Positions 56,082 through 64,000 of a stretch of 64,000 nt of DNA are shown here, piece by piece (within the stretch, counting starts at the first letter, position 1; each line of letters opens with the position of its first letter). The stretch comes from a virus. Taxonomy: Duplodnaviria; Caudoviricetes. A program made the translations under genes and the position numbers. The notes beneath the pieces were generated by a model. It was not told where the DNA came from. It saw only the letters and a list, made by a program, of their open reading frames with translations, and did not search any database. The DNA is taken from positions 128,001 to 192,000 of IMG/VR virus record IMGVR_UViG_2974670102_000001, one strand, 5' to 3'.

Positions 56082-56545
56082 TAGTTCACCTCAAGAAATC
56101 CGATACGTGCGTCAACGACACCGTTCTTGAAAGGATTGAATTTGTAGATCATCTGAACGTGCGCCGTGTACGTGCCGGGGCGCAGGTTAGGAACTACCAG
56201 ATCGATCTTCTCAAAAGCGAAACCTTTGATCTCCACGTTCATGTGTTGCGGATACGTGTAGACGACGTTGCCTGCGGCATCCGTCAAGAACACGTTGTAG
56301 ATTGCACGTCGTTCGGTCTTGCTTTCGACGATGAGTGGTGGGTGGATAGAAACTTCGGACCCCGCACTAACTTGGTAGGTGTCCCTGATTGACACCGTTG
56401 TCTCTGGCGCGGGTTCGACGATCCAGACACAGGCCAAGATCATGAGCACGACCATCACCCATGGCGATAGTCGTGTAATCCATTGATCGACCCATAGTCC
56501 GAAACCAAAAAGTGCGTGGTGGCCGTTTCCTGCGAGCGTCTTCAC
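56081..56545 (-). CDS. single-pass membrane protein in the lysis cassette
   Basis: TM helix WVMVVLMILACVWI, then a beta-rich domain (LRPGTY); lies between holin and endolysin. Confidence 0.6.
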   Translation of the reverse strand: MKTLAGNGHHALFGFGLWVDQWITRLSPWVMVVLMILACVWIVEPAPETTVSIRDTYQVSAGSEVSIHPPLIVESKTERRAIYNVFLTDAAGNVVYTYPQHMNVEIKGFAFEKIDLVVPNLRPGTYTAHVQMIYKFNPFKNGVVDARIGFLEVN

Positions 56546-56546
56546 G

Positions 56547-56906
56547 TCATTCTCCTTTGTTTCCCTCAGTCGCCGGAGACTGGGCCGCGTCGTCCACCTT
56601 GAACCCCAGACTCTCCAAACGTTTCGTGTAAAAGCTTTCGAACAGCGCGATTGCGCGTGTCCCCATGAGACCGGCCGTCGCGATCAGGATTGCTGCAATC
56701 GGCCCGTCGATGTTGAACCACTCGCAAGCCCAGAACGTCATGAGACCTGCGAATCCCGCCGTGATCAGGTCGCGCACCAGCGTGACGAACCTGAAATCTT
56801 GCCCGTTGTTGAGGTACTTGACTGCGCCTCCGAAAATCGCGAGTCCGAAAACCCACGCGTACGTGCTTAGTCCGTAGCCGAACGGGTCCTTGTCACCCTG
56901 AAACAT
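56547..56906 (-). CDS. holin (LydA/HP1-like)
   Basis: KDP...WVFGLAIFGGAVKYL...DLITAGFAGLMTFWACE...GLMGTRAI; 2-3 TM segments. Confidence 0.85.
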   Translation of the reverse strand: MFQGDKDPFGYGLSTYAWVFGLAIFGGAVKYLNNGQDFRFVTLVRDLITAGFAGLMTFWACEWFNIDGPIAAILIATAGLMGTRAIALFESFYTKRLESLGFKVDDAAQSPATEGNKGE

Positions 56907-56945
56907 GATCGTGCTCCATGTCAGTCACTCCTAGATTAACCCGTT

Positions 56946-56984
56946 ATAAAATTGGCGAATCCCATAAAATTGGGCTAGTAAATA
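56946..56984. promoter_or_regulatory. divergent promoter hub: two minus-strand CAATTTTAT (56946-54, 56964-72) and a plus-strand TAGTAAATA (56976-84)
   Basis: Three motif copies within 39 bp between divergent operons. Confidence 0.65.
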
Positions 56985-57005
56985 GACCGGCAACAGGAGA
57001 AAACT

Positions 57006-57308
57006 ATGAAATACGGCGTCACTTTCTACTCGAACCTCAACGTCCTCAACCACGTGGACAACAGTCGAGAGATTGGCATGTTTGTCAAATCCGTGTTAGA
57101 ATCGGAGGATGCCCGAAGGCCGCTTGAGAACATTGAACTTTTTCGCGCGGCCCGTGACCGCCTGAACATCGAGATCGAAAAGCGGTTCGGTTCGGGCATG
57201 GAAGTTGTGTTGTTGGACGCCGAGGACTTCGACTTCGAGGCCGACGAGTTCAGCGACGCGATCTGTGTCAGCGTCCGTTCAAAGGAGAAGGGATACACCG
57301 TGCAATGA
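57006..57308 (+). CDS. hypothetical protein
   Basis: AGGAG RBS; ATGA-coupled to the next gene. Confidence 0.7.
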   Translation: MKYGVTFYSNLNVLNHVDNSREIGMFVKSVLESEDARRPLENIELFRAARDRLNIEIEKRFGSGMEVVLLDAEDFDFEADEFSDAICVSVRSKEKGYTVQ

Positions 57309-58219
57309 AGAAGGGAAAGAAAGGAAAAATCTACGTGGCAGATGGGAACTGGCTGCTGCACCGCGTGTTCTTCACGTTGCGCACACACCGGCCCATAGAA
57401 GAAGCTCTGCCATACGCGTTTCTGTCGTTGATCTGCAAGGACGCGATTGCGACACGCGCCGACAGGATGCTAATCGCGTTCGACGGCCCCAAGGTGTTCC
57501 GGTACGAGCTTTATCCGGAGTACAAAGCAAATCGCGACGACAAGAAATCGAGTGGGCCCGTGGTTGACACGCAGTTCACGCAGCCGCAGGGCGATGTGTA
57601 CGACTATCTGCCAGACGTGTACAGACTGTTGACCGAGGCCGGTATCACGTACTTCCAGCCGCGCAAGTACGAGGCAGATGACGTGCTGCGCTCCGTGGTG
57701 CACGAATACGTACCTGAGTACAGCGTCGTGTGCGGAGCGCAGGACAAAGACGACTACCAGTTTCTTGGCCCCGGTGTCTCGCTATACGATTCGTCTCGCA
57801 AGGGGCCGGACGGCAAACCCAAGCCAGCGACGATCACTGCAAAGTCAGTGATGGAAGAGTTTGGGCTGACCCCGGCCCAGTTTCTCCAGTACCAGATTCT
57901 GCTGGGCGATCCAATCGACAACATACCGCGCATCGGAAATTTCAAGCCGCTAGGAATCCGAAAGAAATTGATCGAGCACGGTACGATTGCAGATTGGTAC
58001 AAGGCAGAGCCGGACGATCAACGAACGTTCGACGTGAACCGTGTGAAGATCGCGCTGAACCGGAAACTCGTGACACTGTGCAAAGGCGTGCTGCCGCCGT
58101 CTACTCCGGATGAGTGGAAGCCGCCCAAGGTAAAGAGTGACGAGGCGCACGGATTTCCTGAGACCTACCACGCGTGGCACTCGACGCTGTACCCGAAGTC
58201 TCGTGGCCTTTTCGGCTAA
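57305..58219 (+). CDS. 5'-3' exonuclease / flap endonuclease (PolI 5' nuclease, T4 RNase H-like)
   Basis: DGNWLLHR, AFDG, FRYELYPEYKANR, YEADDV, DKD..Q, GDPIDNIP. Confidence 0.92.
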   Translation: MKKGKKGKIYVADGNWLLHRVFFTLRTHRPIEEALPYAFLSLICKDAIATRADRMLIAFDGPKVFRYELYPEYKANRDDKKSSGPVVDTQFTQPQGDVYDYLPDVYRLLTEAGITYFQPRKYEADDVLRSVVHEYVPEYSVVCGAQDKDDYQFLGPGVSLYDSSRKGPDGKPKPATITAKSVMEEFGLTPAQFLQYQILLGDPIDNIPRIGNFKPLGIRKKLIEHGTIADWYKAEPDDQRTFDVNRVKIALNRKLVTLCKGVLPPSTPDEWKPPKVKSDEAHGFPETYHAWHSTLYPKSRGLFG

Positions 58220-58221
58220 AG

Positions 58222-58259
58222 AAAAACCCCACATGGATTGCGGTCCATGTGGGGTTTTT
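58222..58259. terminator. bidirectional intrinsic terminator
   Basis: AAAAACCCCACATGGA...TCCATGTGGGGTTTTT between convergent genes. Confidence 0.9.
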
Positions 58260-58262
58260 GTG

Positions 58263-60698
58263 TTACGCGGAGCCCTTCAGGGTGAAGGCCGCGCTTGCGA
58301 GTGCTGTGTCGGCTGCGAGCGGGCCGACAACCAGCAGCGTGTCGCCTGCTGCCAGATTAAGGGCTGACGCCATCGTAAAGGTGGGCCGATTTGCGCCTAC
58401 CGCCCAGTTGATGGTGCCTACCGTCGTTGCCGTCGTGCTACCAGCCGGGATGCGCTGGATGTTGAACGTGGTAGCCGCAGCCGCGCCCGTCTGCGCATAA
58501 CCAGAACTGCCGGTCAAGCCAGCCGGAAGTGTGACTGCACGCGTGATCGGCATTTGCAGCACGATCTGCGAAGCCGTCATGGTGCCGCTCACACCGCCTG
58601 CAATGTCGTACGCCTGTGCAGGAGAGGTGCCGCTAACCTTGATCCAGTTCGTGTTGAACGCCAGCACCATATCCCCGACAGCCCAGCTACTCGTACCGTC
58701 TAGGCTGGTAGTACCGGCCACCGTTACTCGGTAGGCCGAACCGTTGCCCGGAACAGTCTGGTACACTTGCTGGCCTGCGGCCTGACGGAATGCCGTATCG
58801 ATGGTTTGCTGACCGCCCGTCAACAGCGCCGTGTTCGGGTCGATGGTGCCAAGACCCTGATACTGGGACACGTGGTTAGCGCTGGCATCCCAGTCACCGA
58901 TCACGTACACGGCCCCGAGAGGCAGTTGTGCGCGAGGCACGCGACCATACACGTAGCCATCTGTGGGGCCCGCGCTGCCCGTGTTCTGGTCAAGCGTGGC
59001 CACGCCTCCGGGCTGACCCTTCTGCGTAGTGGGTATAGCACCAACGTCGGAGGCGCTGAGCACTATGTTGGCATTGCTGTAACCGTTGACTGTTTGAATC
59101 TGGGTCTTCAGCAGGCCCGTTGAGTCGACGGTTAGACCCGCGCCCACGATCACGGCACCCAGTGTCGTGGTCGTCGCAATCGGAATCGAGCCGTTAGGAA
59201 CCGTGTTCCATGCACCCCACGTGTTGTTGACGCACGCGCGGTAGGCCATGCGCGTGCCCGATTTCCACGTTTGCACCACATCACCGCCAGTTCCCGTTGT
59301 CGTGAACGGCGCGACTTCTAGGATAGCAGCATCGGTTGCTGCGTTCGGCTTATTGAAGAGTGAGCTAACATCGGCAGAAAGCACAAAAAACAGGCCGGTC
59401 TGCTTATAAGCATTCATGTCAGCAGCGGCCGGTATTCTTGTTGGATGAACAAGACCAACTGTGGTATCCTGCACGACCACGTTTCCGTTTGCGTCGGGAC
59501 CCACACCATTCACAGTCATCACGGGGCTGATGCCTAGGTCGATGGTGCCGTCCCCAGCAATCGTGATGTGGCCGTTGGTCGGGGCCTTCACACCACCAAG
59601 CGTTGTGGTAGTGGCCACCGGCAGCGTGTACGGCACCGGCTTGTTTATCAGGTCGTTGTAGTCACCCGTGGCCGCTACCCGCGCCGCATCCGGAATGTCC
59701 CCGATCTTCAGGTTCACGTCCCCGGTCTTTCCGTTGACGCTGGTAACCGGGAAGATGCTCGAATTCACGTCCAGCACGCCTTGCGGAGTGATGGTCAGCG
59801 TGTTGCCCACGATCACGGCACCAAGATCAGTGTGCGTTGCAATCGGCAGGTTCGGAATCGTGGTGCTAAGTGCCTGTCGGCCGAACACCACGATTTTGTC
59901 ACCGACCGCAGGCAACTGCGCCAGCGGAGACGAAAACTGGAGCGTGGCGTCGGTCGAGGTCGTGATGACGCCCGTGACGTAGCGACAGAAGCTGAAGTTC
60001 TGGCCCGTCGCAAATTCAGCAATGATCTCGCCTGTGTACGCGGGGCTCATGCCCGGCACGTAGTCAGCAAGCGCGATCTTCACGGATTGCGTACCGACAC
60101 CTGTGATCGTGGCCAGCGCCTGATATGCGTAGTCGTACGCATCAAAGTTCCAGAGGCCGGAGCGGTCGGTGTAGGCTATGAACGCGGACTGTTTCTGGTC
60201 GACGCCCGTGATGATGTAAGCGTTCGGCGTTGCGTTGCTCGATTGCGGCAACTGATCCGGAGACCCGAGAACCGCCATCCGAAACTGGTTGTTCGATTCA
60301 GCCGTGTCGAGCCACATTTCGTAGTTCGTATCCACGACCGACAGGAATTCGTCGATGCGAATGGCGTTGCCGAGGCCCGGGCTCGATACCGATTCCTTTG
60401 TGATCAGTTTGTTCGAGACCGCGAGCGAGAAAAGTGTGTTGCCCACGTACATACCGATCTCACCGAACGCAAACGGGCCGAGTGAGTAATCGAGGTACGC
60501 GCTGTACTTCACGACGTTCGGATTTACTACGAACGGTGCTGTCGGCACGCCCTCGTAAATAGTATTGCCGTGGATATCAACGTCGCTTGGGCTTGGCGTG
60601 TAGTTGTACTGGTCGCCAATTTTGAACGACGTGATGGTGATCGGGCCGGTGGCCGCCCTGATCAGGGCTTCCCCGGCCGTTGTGAGTTGTACGAACAT
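58263..60698 (-). CDS. second baseplate-anchored tail fibre
   Basis: N-terminus paralogous to 37558 (FKIGDQYNYTPSPSDV..GNTIY.G.PT, GPFAFGEIG); fibre repeats; AAGD C-domain. Confidence 0.75.
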   Translation of the reverse strand: MFVQLTTAGEALIRAATGPITITSFKIGDQYNYTPSPSDVDIHGNTIYEGVPTAPFVVNPNVVKYSAYLDYSLGPFAFGEIGMYVGNTLFSLAVSNKLITKESVSSPGLGNAIRIDEFLSVVDTNYEMWLDTAESNNQFRMAVLGSPDQLPQSSNATPNAYIITGVDQKQSAFIAYTDRSGLWNFDAYDYAYQALATITGVGTQSVKIALADYVPGMSPAYTGEIIAEFATGQNFSFCRYVTGVITTSTDATLQFSSPLAQLPAVGDKIVVFGRQALSTTIPNLPIATHTDLGAVIVGNTLTITPQGVLDVNSSIFPVTSVNGKTGDVNLKIGDIPDAARVAATGDYNDLINKPVPYTLPVATTTTLGGVKAPTNGHITIAGDGTIDLGISPVMTVNGVGPDANGNVVVQDTTVGLVHPTRIPAAADMNAYKQTGLFFVLSADVSSLFNKPNAATDAAILEVAPFTTTGTGGDVVQTWKSGTRMAYRACVNNTWGAWNTVPNGSIPIATTTTLGAVIVGAGLTVDSTGLLKTQIQTVNGYSNANIVLSASDVGAIPTTQKGQPGGVATLDQNTGSAGPTDGYVYGRVPRAQLPLGAVYVIGDWDASANHVSQYQGLGTIDPNTALLTGGQQTIDTAFRQAAGQQVYQTVPGNGSAYRVTVAGTTSLDGTSSWAVGDMVLAFNTNWIKVSGTSPAQAYDIAGGVSGTMTASQIVLQMPITRAVTLPAGLTGSSGYAQTGAAAATTFNIQRIPAGSTTATTVGTINWAVGANRPTFTMASALNLAAGDTLLVVGPLAADTALASAAFTLKGSA

Positions 60699-60730
60699 AG
60701 TTTCTCCTGACGTGTTGTTTGCGTCTCCTT

Positions 60731-60740
60731 ATTAAATTGA
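60731..60740 (-). promoter_or_regulatory. class B motif variant TCAATTTAAT
   Basis: About 33 nt upstream of the fibre ATG at 60698. Confidence 0.5.
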
Positions 60741-60744
60741 CAAG

Positions 60745-61674
60745 ATGGCAATCCTCAAACCGATAGCCACGCAAACCCTTGCACGCTCGATCACGAAGCT
60801 GTACAGGGATGCCGTGGCAAATTACCACAGGGCCGAACTCGGGGACCCGACGCGCGTGCTGTTCTTGCGCCCGTCGCAACTCCCGTTCTGCCCAGCCGAC
60901 TTTTTCGTCCAAAACGCGGCCCACGGGACGATGCGCAGCCTAGATTTTGCAGGCTGCTTCTACACCAGTGTCGGGACCGTGGTCCACGAGGTGTTGCAGC
61001 AAGCGCTGTGTCTCTCGGGCAAGCTGCTGGCCAATTACGAGTGCAAAGAATGCGGAACGTGGCACAACATGTCGTACAAGTACGAATGCTGCGGATTCCC
61101 CACGACCTACCACGAACTGAGCATCAAGTACAAGGGCATCAGCGGCCACATCGACGGCGTGCTCGACATGGGTGACGGCACGCACTCGGTCATCGACTTC
61201 AAGACGACGGGCGTCAATGCGGCGGCCAAGAAAGCGAAAGACCCGGGTGTCGTGTACGTCGAACAGATCGAGGCGTACGCCGTACTTCTCGAACTTCAGT
61301 ACGGGTTGAAAATTTCAGGAATTTCTGATATCTTCGTGCTTCGCGACAATCCGACCAAGGACCCTGCGATCTTCACGCGCGCGATCACGGATGAACGCCG
61401 GTCGGTGATCAAGAAGCGGCTGAAACGCTACCTGAAGATGCACCGCGAGACGTTGGACGTGTCGACGCTGAAAGAGGCGCTGGCGCTGCTCGAATACGAC
61501 CGGTGCACCAACCCCTACTGCCCGGTCTGCAAGCTGGATGACGAAGGCCGACGCAGGGAAATCAAGAAAGCGTACAAGCTCGGCAAAGCCGCTGGCCACG
61601 TCCCGATACGGGGCATGGCAGAGCGTGCAGTCGCAGCCAAAGCCGCAAGCAGCAAGAAAAAGAAAGCCGCCTAG
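60745..61674 (+). CDS. Cas4/RecB-like PD-(D/E)XK exonuclease
   Basis: PSQLPFCP, GTVVH, GHIDG, IDFKTT, QIEAYA, C-terminal C..YCPVC; inserted CKEC/CC zinc ribbon. Confidence 0.8.
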   Translation: MAILKPIATQTLARSITKLYRDAVANYHRAELGDPTRVLFLRPSQLPFCPADFFVQNAAHGTMRSLDFAGCFYTSVGTVVHEVLQQALCLSGKLLANYECKECGTWHNMSYKYECCGFPTTYHELSIKYKGISGHIDGVLDMGDGTHSVIDFKTTGVNAAAKKAKDPGVVYVEQIEAYAVLLELQYGLKISGISDIFVLRDNPTKDPAIFTRAITDERRSVIKKRLKRYLKMHRETLDVSTLKEALALLEYDRCTNPYCPVCKLDDEGRRREIKKAYKLGKAAGHVPIRGMAERAVAAKAASSKKKKAA

Positions 61675-61680
61675 TAAATA
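61672..61680 (+). promoter_or_regulatory. class A motif TAGTAAATA
   Basis: Exact copy overlapping a stop codon. Confidence 0.6.
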
Positions 61681-61687
61681 GGTGGTG

Positions 61688-61710
61688 CAGGGGCCTAGGC
61701 CCCTGTTTTT
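61688..61710 (+). terminator. intrinsic terminator-like hairpin
   Basis: CAGGGGC-ctag-GCCCCTG then TTTTT. Confidence 0.65.
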
Positions 61711-61725
61711 CGTTCTGGAGGAAGA

Positions 61726-61941
61726 ATGGATTACGTTGTACGGTATCAACGACGCTGTATCCCAAGCGCTGATCGCATGCGCCCGATGGCCCAGTTCCCG
61801 GGTGTCGTAAAGCTGGATCGGATCGCGATGACGCTCGTGCGTGTCACGTGTGAGGGCGACCACGCGGCGTTTCTCGCGGCCACCGATCCGGGAGGCCCGA
61901 CCTACGACTGGAAACGGATGCCGCAGGATCAGGGAAAGTGA
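61726..61941 (+). CDS. hypothetical protein
   Basis: GGAGG RBS. Confidence 0.6.
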   Translation: MDYVVRYQRRCIPSADRMRPMAQFPGVVKLDRIAMTLVRVTCEGDHAAFLAATDPGGPTYDWKRMPQDQGK

Positions 61942-62258
61942 ATCACCCGCTTGTCCGTAACCAAAAAGACGAGTATGATGTGTACATTGGCCGACCCTCG
62001 CGTTGGGGAAATCCGTTTTCCCTTGAGGGCGGCACTCGCAAGCAGGTTCTAGCCCTGCATCGTAAGTGGATCGACGGCCTGATTGAAGCGCCGTGCGGAA
62101 CACGACCTCCAACCCGCGCTGAAATACGCAGAGAGTTGCGTGGCAAACGCTTGGGCTGCTTCTGCCGCCCGCGCGCCTGTCACGGTGACTATCTTGCGGA
62201 GATCGCGAACGCGAGCACTGGAGGTGGTCTTTTTGCCAATGTGAGGAAAAAGTCTTGA
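61938..62258 (+). CDS. DUF4326-family protein
   Basis: VYIGRPSRWGNPF...ELRGKRLGCFC.P..CHGD.L. Confidence 0.85.
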   Translation: MNHPLVRNQKDEYDVYIGRPSRWGNPFSLEGGTRKQVLALHRKWIDGLIEAPCGTRPPTRAEIRRELRGKRLGCFCRPRACHGDYLAEIANASTGGGLFANVRKKS

Positions 62259-62431
62259 CCCTTGACGAATTTGCCGGAGATTGGCAGCAGTTGATCAAGA
62301 ACTTCGTTGCCGACTACAAGGACGGCGCACGTAAAACCAAGCAGACGCAGGTGCGTCCTGCTGAACAATGGATGGAGTTACTGGATGAGTACGTTGAACA
62401 GCGCACTGACTTCGGCGGCCTTCGTCGATAA
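62255..62431 (+). CDS. small hypothetical protein (58 aa, TTG start, not in ORF track)
   Basis: TTGA overlap with the DUF4326 stop; GAGG RBS. Confidence 0.5.
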   Translation: MTLDEFAGDWQQLIKNFVADYKDGARKTKQTQVRPAEQWMELLDEYVEQRTDFGGLRR

Positions 62432-62693
62432 CGCGGCGCATCGCTCACTGGGCGGCGCTCTCGCGGATTTCATACACACCACGGCCTCGCGCTCTGGATT
62501 CGTGCGCTCGCTGTTCGAGTGGATCGAGTTCGACAAGACCAATCACACGTGTCCTGAGTACGGGCGCGACGAGTGGACGGTGGCGCGCCGTATCCTGAAC
62601 CGGGCGAAGAAGCGACACGCCATGATCAACCTCACGTACACCGAGCGCCTACGCTGCGTGCTGCGTGAAATTCGGAGAACCAAGTACCAATGA
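62385..62693 (+). CDS. hypothetical protein
   Basis: ATG at 62385 after GGAG. Confidence 0.6.
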   Translation: MSTLNSALTSAAFVDNAAHRSLGGALADFIHTTASRSGFVRSLFEWIEFDKTNHTCPEYGRDEWTVARRILNRAKKRHAMINLTYTERLRCVLREIRRTKYQ

Positions 62694-62920
62694 AGATCAG
62701 ACGAATCTCAGTGTCCCTGTCGAAGACGATTCAGGCGGCACGGTTCGAGCCCGTTGAAGTCGGCTTCTCTGTAGACGCCGATCTCGAAGATGACGATGAC
62801 ATTGCAGAGGCGCGTGCCGAACTCTACAAGGAAGCATCGAAGTCGGTGCGGCTGATGATGAAGCGCGATCTCAAGACGTGGCGCGCAGAACACGACCAAT
62901 GGCATGAGGAAAATTCGTGA
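62690..62920 (+). CDS. hypothetical protein
   Basis: ATGA-coupled. Confidence 0.65.
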   Translation: MKIRRISVSLSKTIQAARFEPVEVGFSVDADLEDDDDIAEARAELYKEASKSVRLMMKRDLKTWRAEHDQWHEENS

Positions 62921-63159
62921 TGACTACAGAAGATGTGAAGCAAGCATTCGCCACATTCCGGTCTACCGGCACCGTGAGCGTGATGAAGACTGCCGTCGAC
63001 GCGCTGGTGTCGGACGCCAAGTTCCTCGTCAAGTCCGGTGAGTTCGACATTCTTCCGGGTGACGCGCAGGACCACATCGAGCAGGCAGAAGATGCGCTAC
63101 GCAGTGCCGCGTGGTATCTGGATGCCGCTCTGTACGCACTCGGGAACTCGCGCCAATGA
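62917..63159 (+). CDS. hypothetical protein
   Basis: GTGA-coupled; GAGG RBS. Confidence 0.6.
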   Translation: MMTTEDVKQAFATFRSTGTVSVMKTAVDALVSDAKFLVKSGEFDILPGDAQDHIEQAEDALRSAAWYLDAALYALGNSRQ

Positions 63160-63341
63160 CACCGCAGCAACTGAAGAAAGCAGCGATGTACCTGTGCGCG
63201 CTGCGCGGACTCGATCCGAACGAGTTGGTGGCCCCAGACCCGAACGCACACCACACCGTCTACCAGTGGCGTCTGGCCGCTGACGAGATCGAGGCGCACC
63301 AGCAAATCGAAGCCGCTATCTACCACGCAACAAAAGGGTAA
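63156..63341 (+). CDS. hypothetical protein
   Basis: ATGA-coupled start MTPQQ. Confidence 0.55.
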   Translation: MTPQQLKKAAMYLCALRGLDPNELVAPDPNAHHTVYQWRLAADEIEAHQQIEAAIYHATKG

Positions 63342-63344
63342 TTG

Positions 63345-64000
63345 ATGTTCGCAAACGCAAAGAAGAAAACCGCAGCCACAACCGTGGACACGGAGCAGCA
63401 TGCGCTGCATCGCAAGTACCGTCCGACGAAACTCGACCGCTATCTGGGTCAGGAAGCTGTGGTGACGCGCATCCGTGGCATGCTCGAAACCGGAAAAATT
63501 CCGAGCGCGATGGCGTTCTTCGGACCGCGTGCCGCAGGCAAGACGACGCTCGCGCGTATCATCGCGACCGAGGTCAACGGTAAGCCTGTCGAGAAGCAGG
63601 GCGACTACAAGGAACTGAACGCCGCGACCCAGAAGGGCATCGACGACGTACGGGAACTCGAAAAGCTGTCGAAGTTCCGCGCCATGTCAAAGCGCCGCTT
63701 CATCGTCATCGACGAGGCCCAGCAATGGCTGTCGAACGCACAGGCGGCACAGGCCGTACTCAAGCCGCTGGAAGAGCCGTCGAAGGATACGACGTGGATC
63801 ATCTGTTCGATGGAGCCGGAGCGCTTCAACGCCACTGAAGTAGGCCGCGCCATCCTCTCGCGCTGCACCCAGTACGTGCTGGACGCGCCCACGGTTTCCG
63901 ATCTCGGGAAGCAGGCCCTGCGAATCGCCAAGGGCGAGGGCATGGACTACGTGCTGGACGAAGATCGCGCGATCATCAAGCAGGTGGCCAAGAACTGCAA
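63345..64000 (+). CDS. dnaX: clamp loader, DNA polymerase III gamma/tau-like AAA+ ATPase (3'-truncated by window)
   Basis: Manual translation: LHRKYRP...GQE, GPRAAGKTTLARI, ELNAA, IDEAQ, LKPLEEP, ILSRC. Confidence 0.9.
   Translation, partial: MFANAKKKTAATTVDTEQHALHRKYRPTKLDRYLGQEAVVTRIRGMLETGKIPSAMAFFGPRAAGKTTLARIIATEVNGKPVEKQGDYKELNAATQKGIDDVRELEKLSKFRAMSKRRFIVIDEAQQWLSNAQAAQAVLKPLEEPSKDTTWIICSMEPERFNATEVGRAILSRCTQYVLDAPTVSDLGKQALRIAKGEGMDYVLDEDRAIIKQVAKNC

Noticed and set aside
60745-61674. Cas4-like gene as evidence of a CRISPR-Cas system
   Set aside because: No array or other cas genes in the window; solo Cas4-like nucleases are common in phage replication modules

Overview
A 64-kb segment of a large, GC-rich, lytic myovirus (contractile-tailed, probably jumbo-class). 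The gene set and the spanin/holin types point to a Gram-negative host; a resemblance to RSL1/BcepSauron-type betaproteobacterial jumbo phages is my impression only. Plus strand 1-21 kb holds replication, recombination and packaging genes: family A DNA polymerase, primase, Rz/Rz1 spanins, ThyX, a truncated sigma70-like factor, a probable SSB with a very long charge-block tail, RecA/UvsX, terminase, RuvC-like resolvase and an MmcB-like nuclease. From 21-41 kb are the portal, a free-standing GIY-YIG endonuclease with a structured leader, a T4-like baseplate operon, a tail fibre and an Acb1-like anti-CBASS nuclease. Minus strand 41-57 kb is a large cluster of paralogous fibre/lectin-like virion genes plus a holin and a GH19 endolysin. 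From 57-64 kb are a 5'-3' exonuclease, a second anchored fibre, a Cas4-like nuclease and a DnaX-like clamp loader (cut off by the window end). Most notable: (i) an apparent modular fibre-tip kit in which the number of triplet repeats in a small protein matches the number of adjacent lectin-like paralogues; (ii) two recurrent AT-rich -10-only promoter motifs alongside a sigma factor lacking region 4.2; (iii) promoter-to-terminator small RNA candidates. No tRNA, rRNA, CRISPR array, integrase or reverse transcriptase was seen. All family calls come from motifs recognised by eye, not from database searches.
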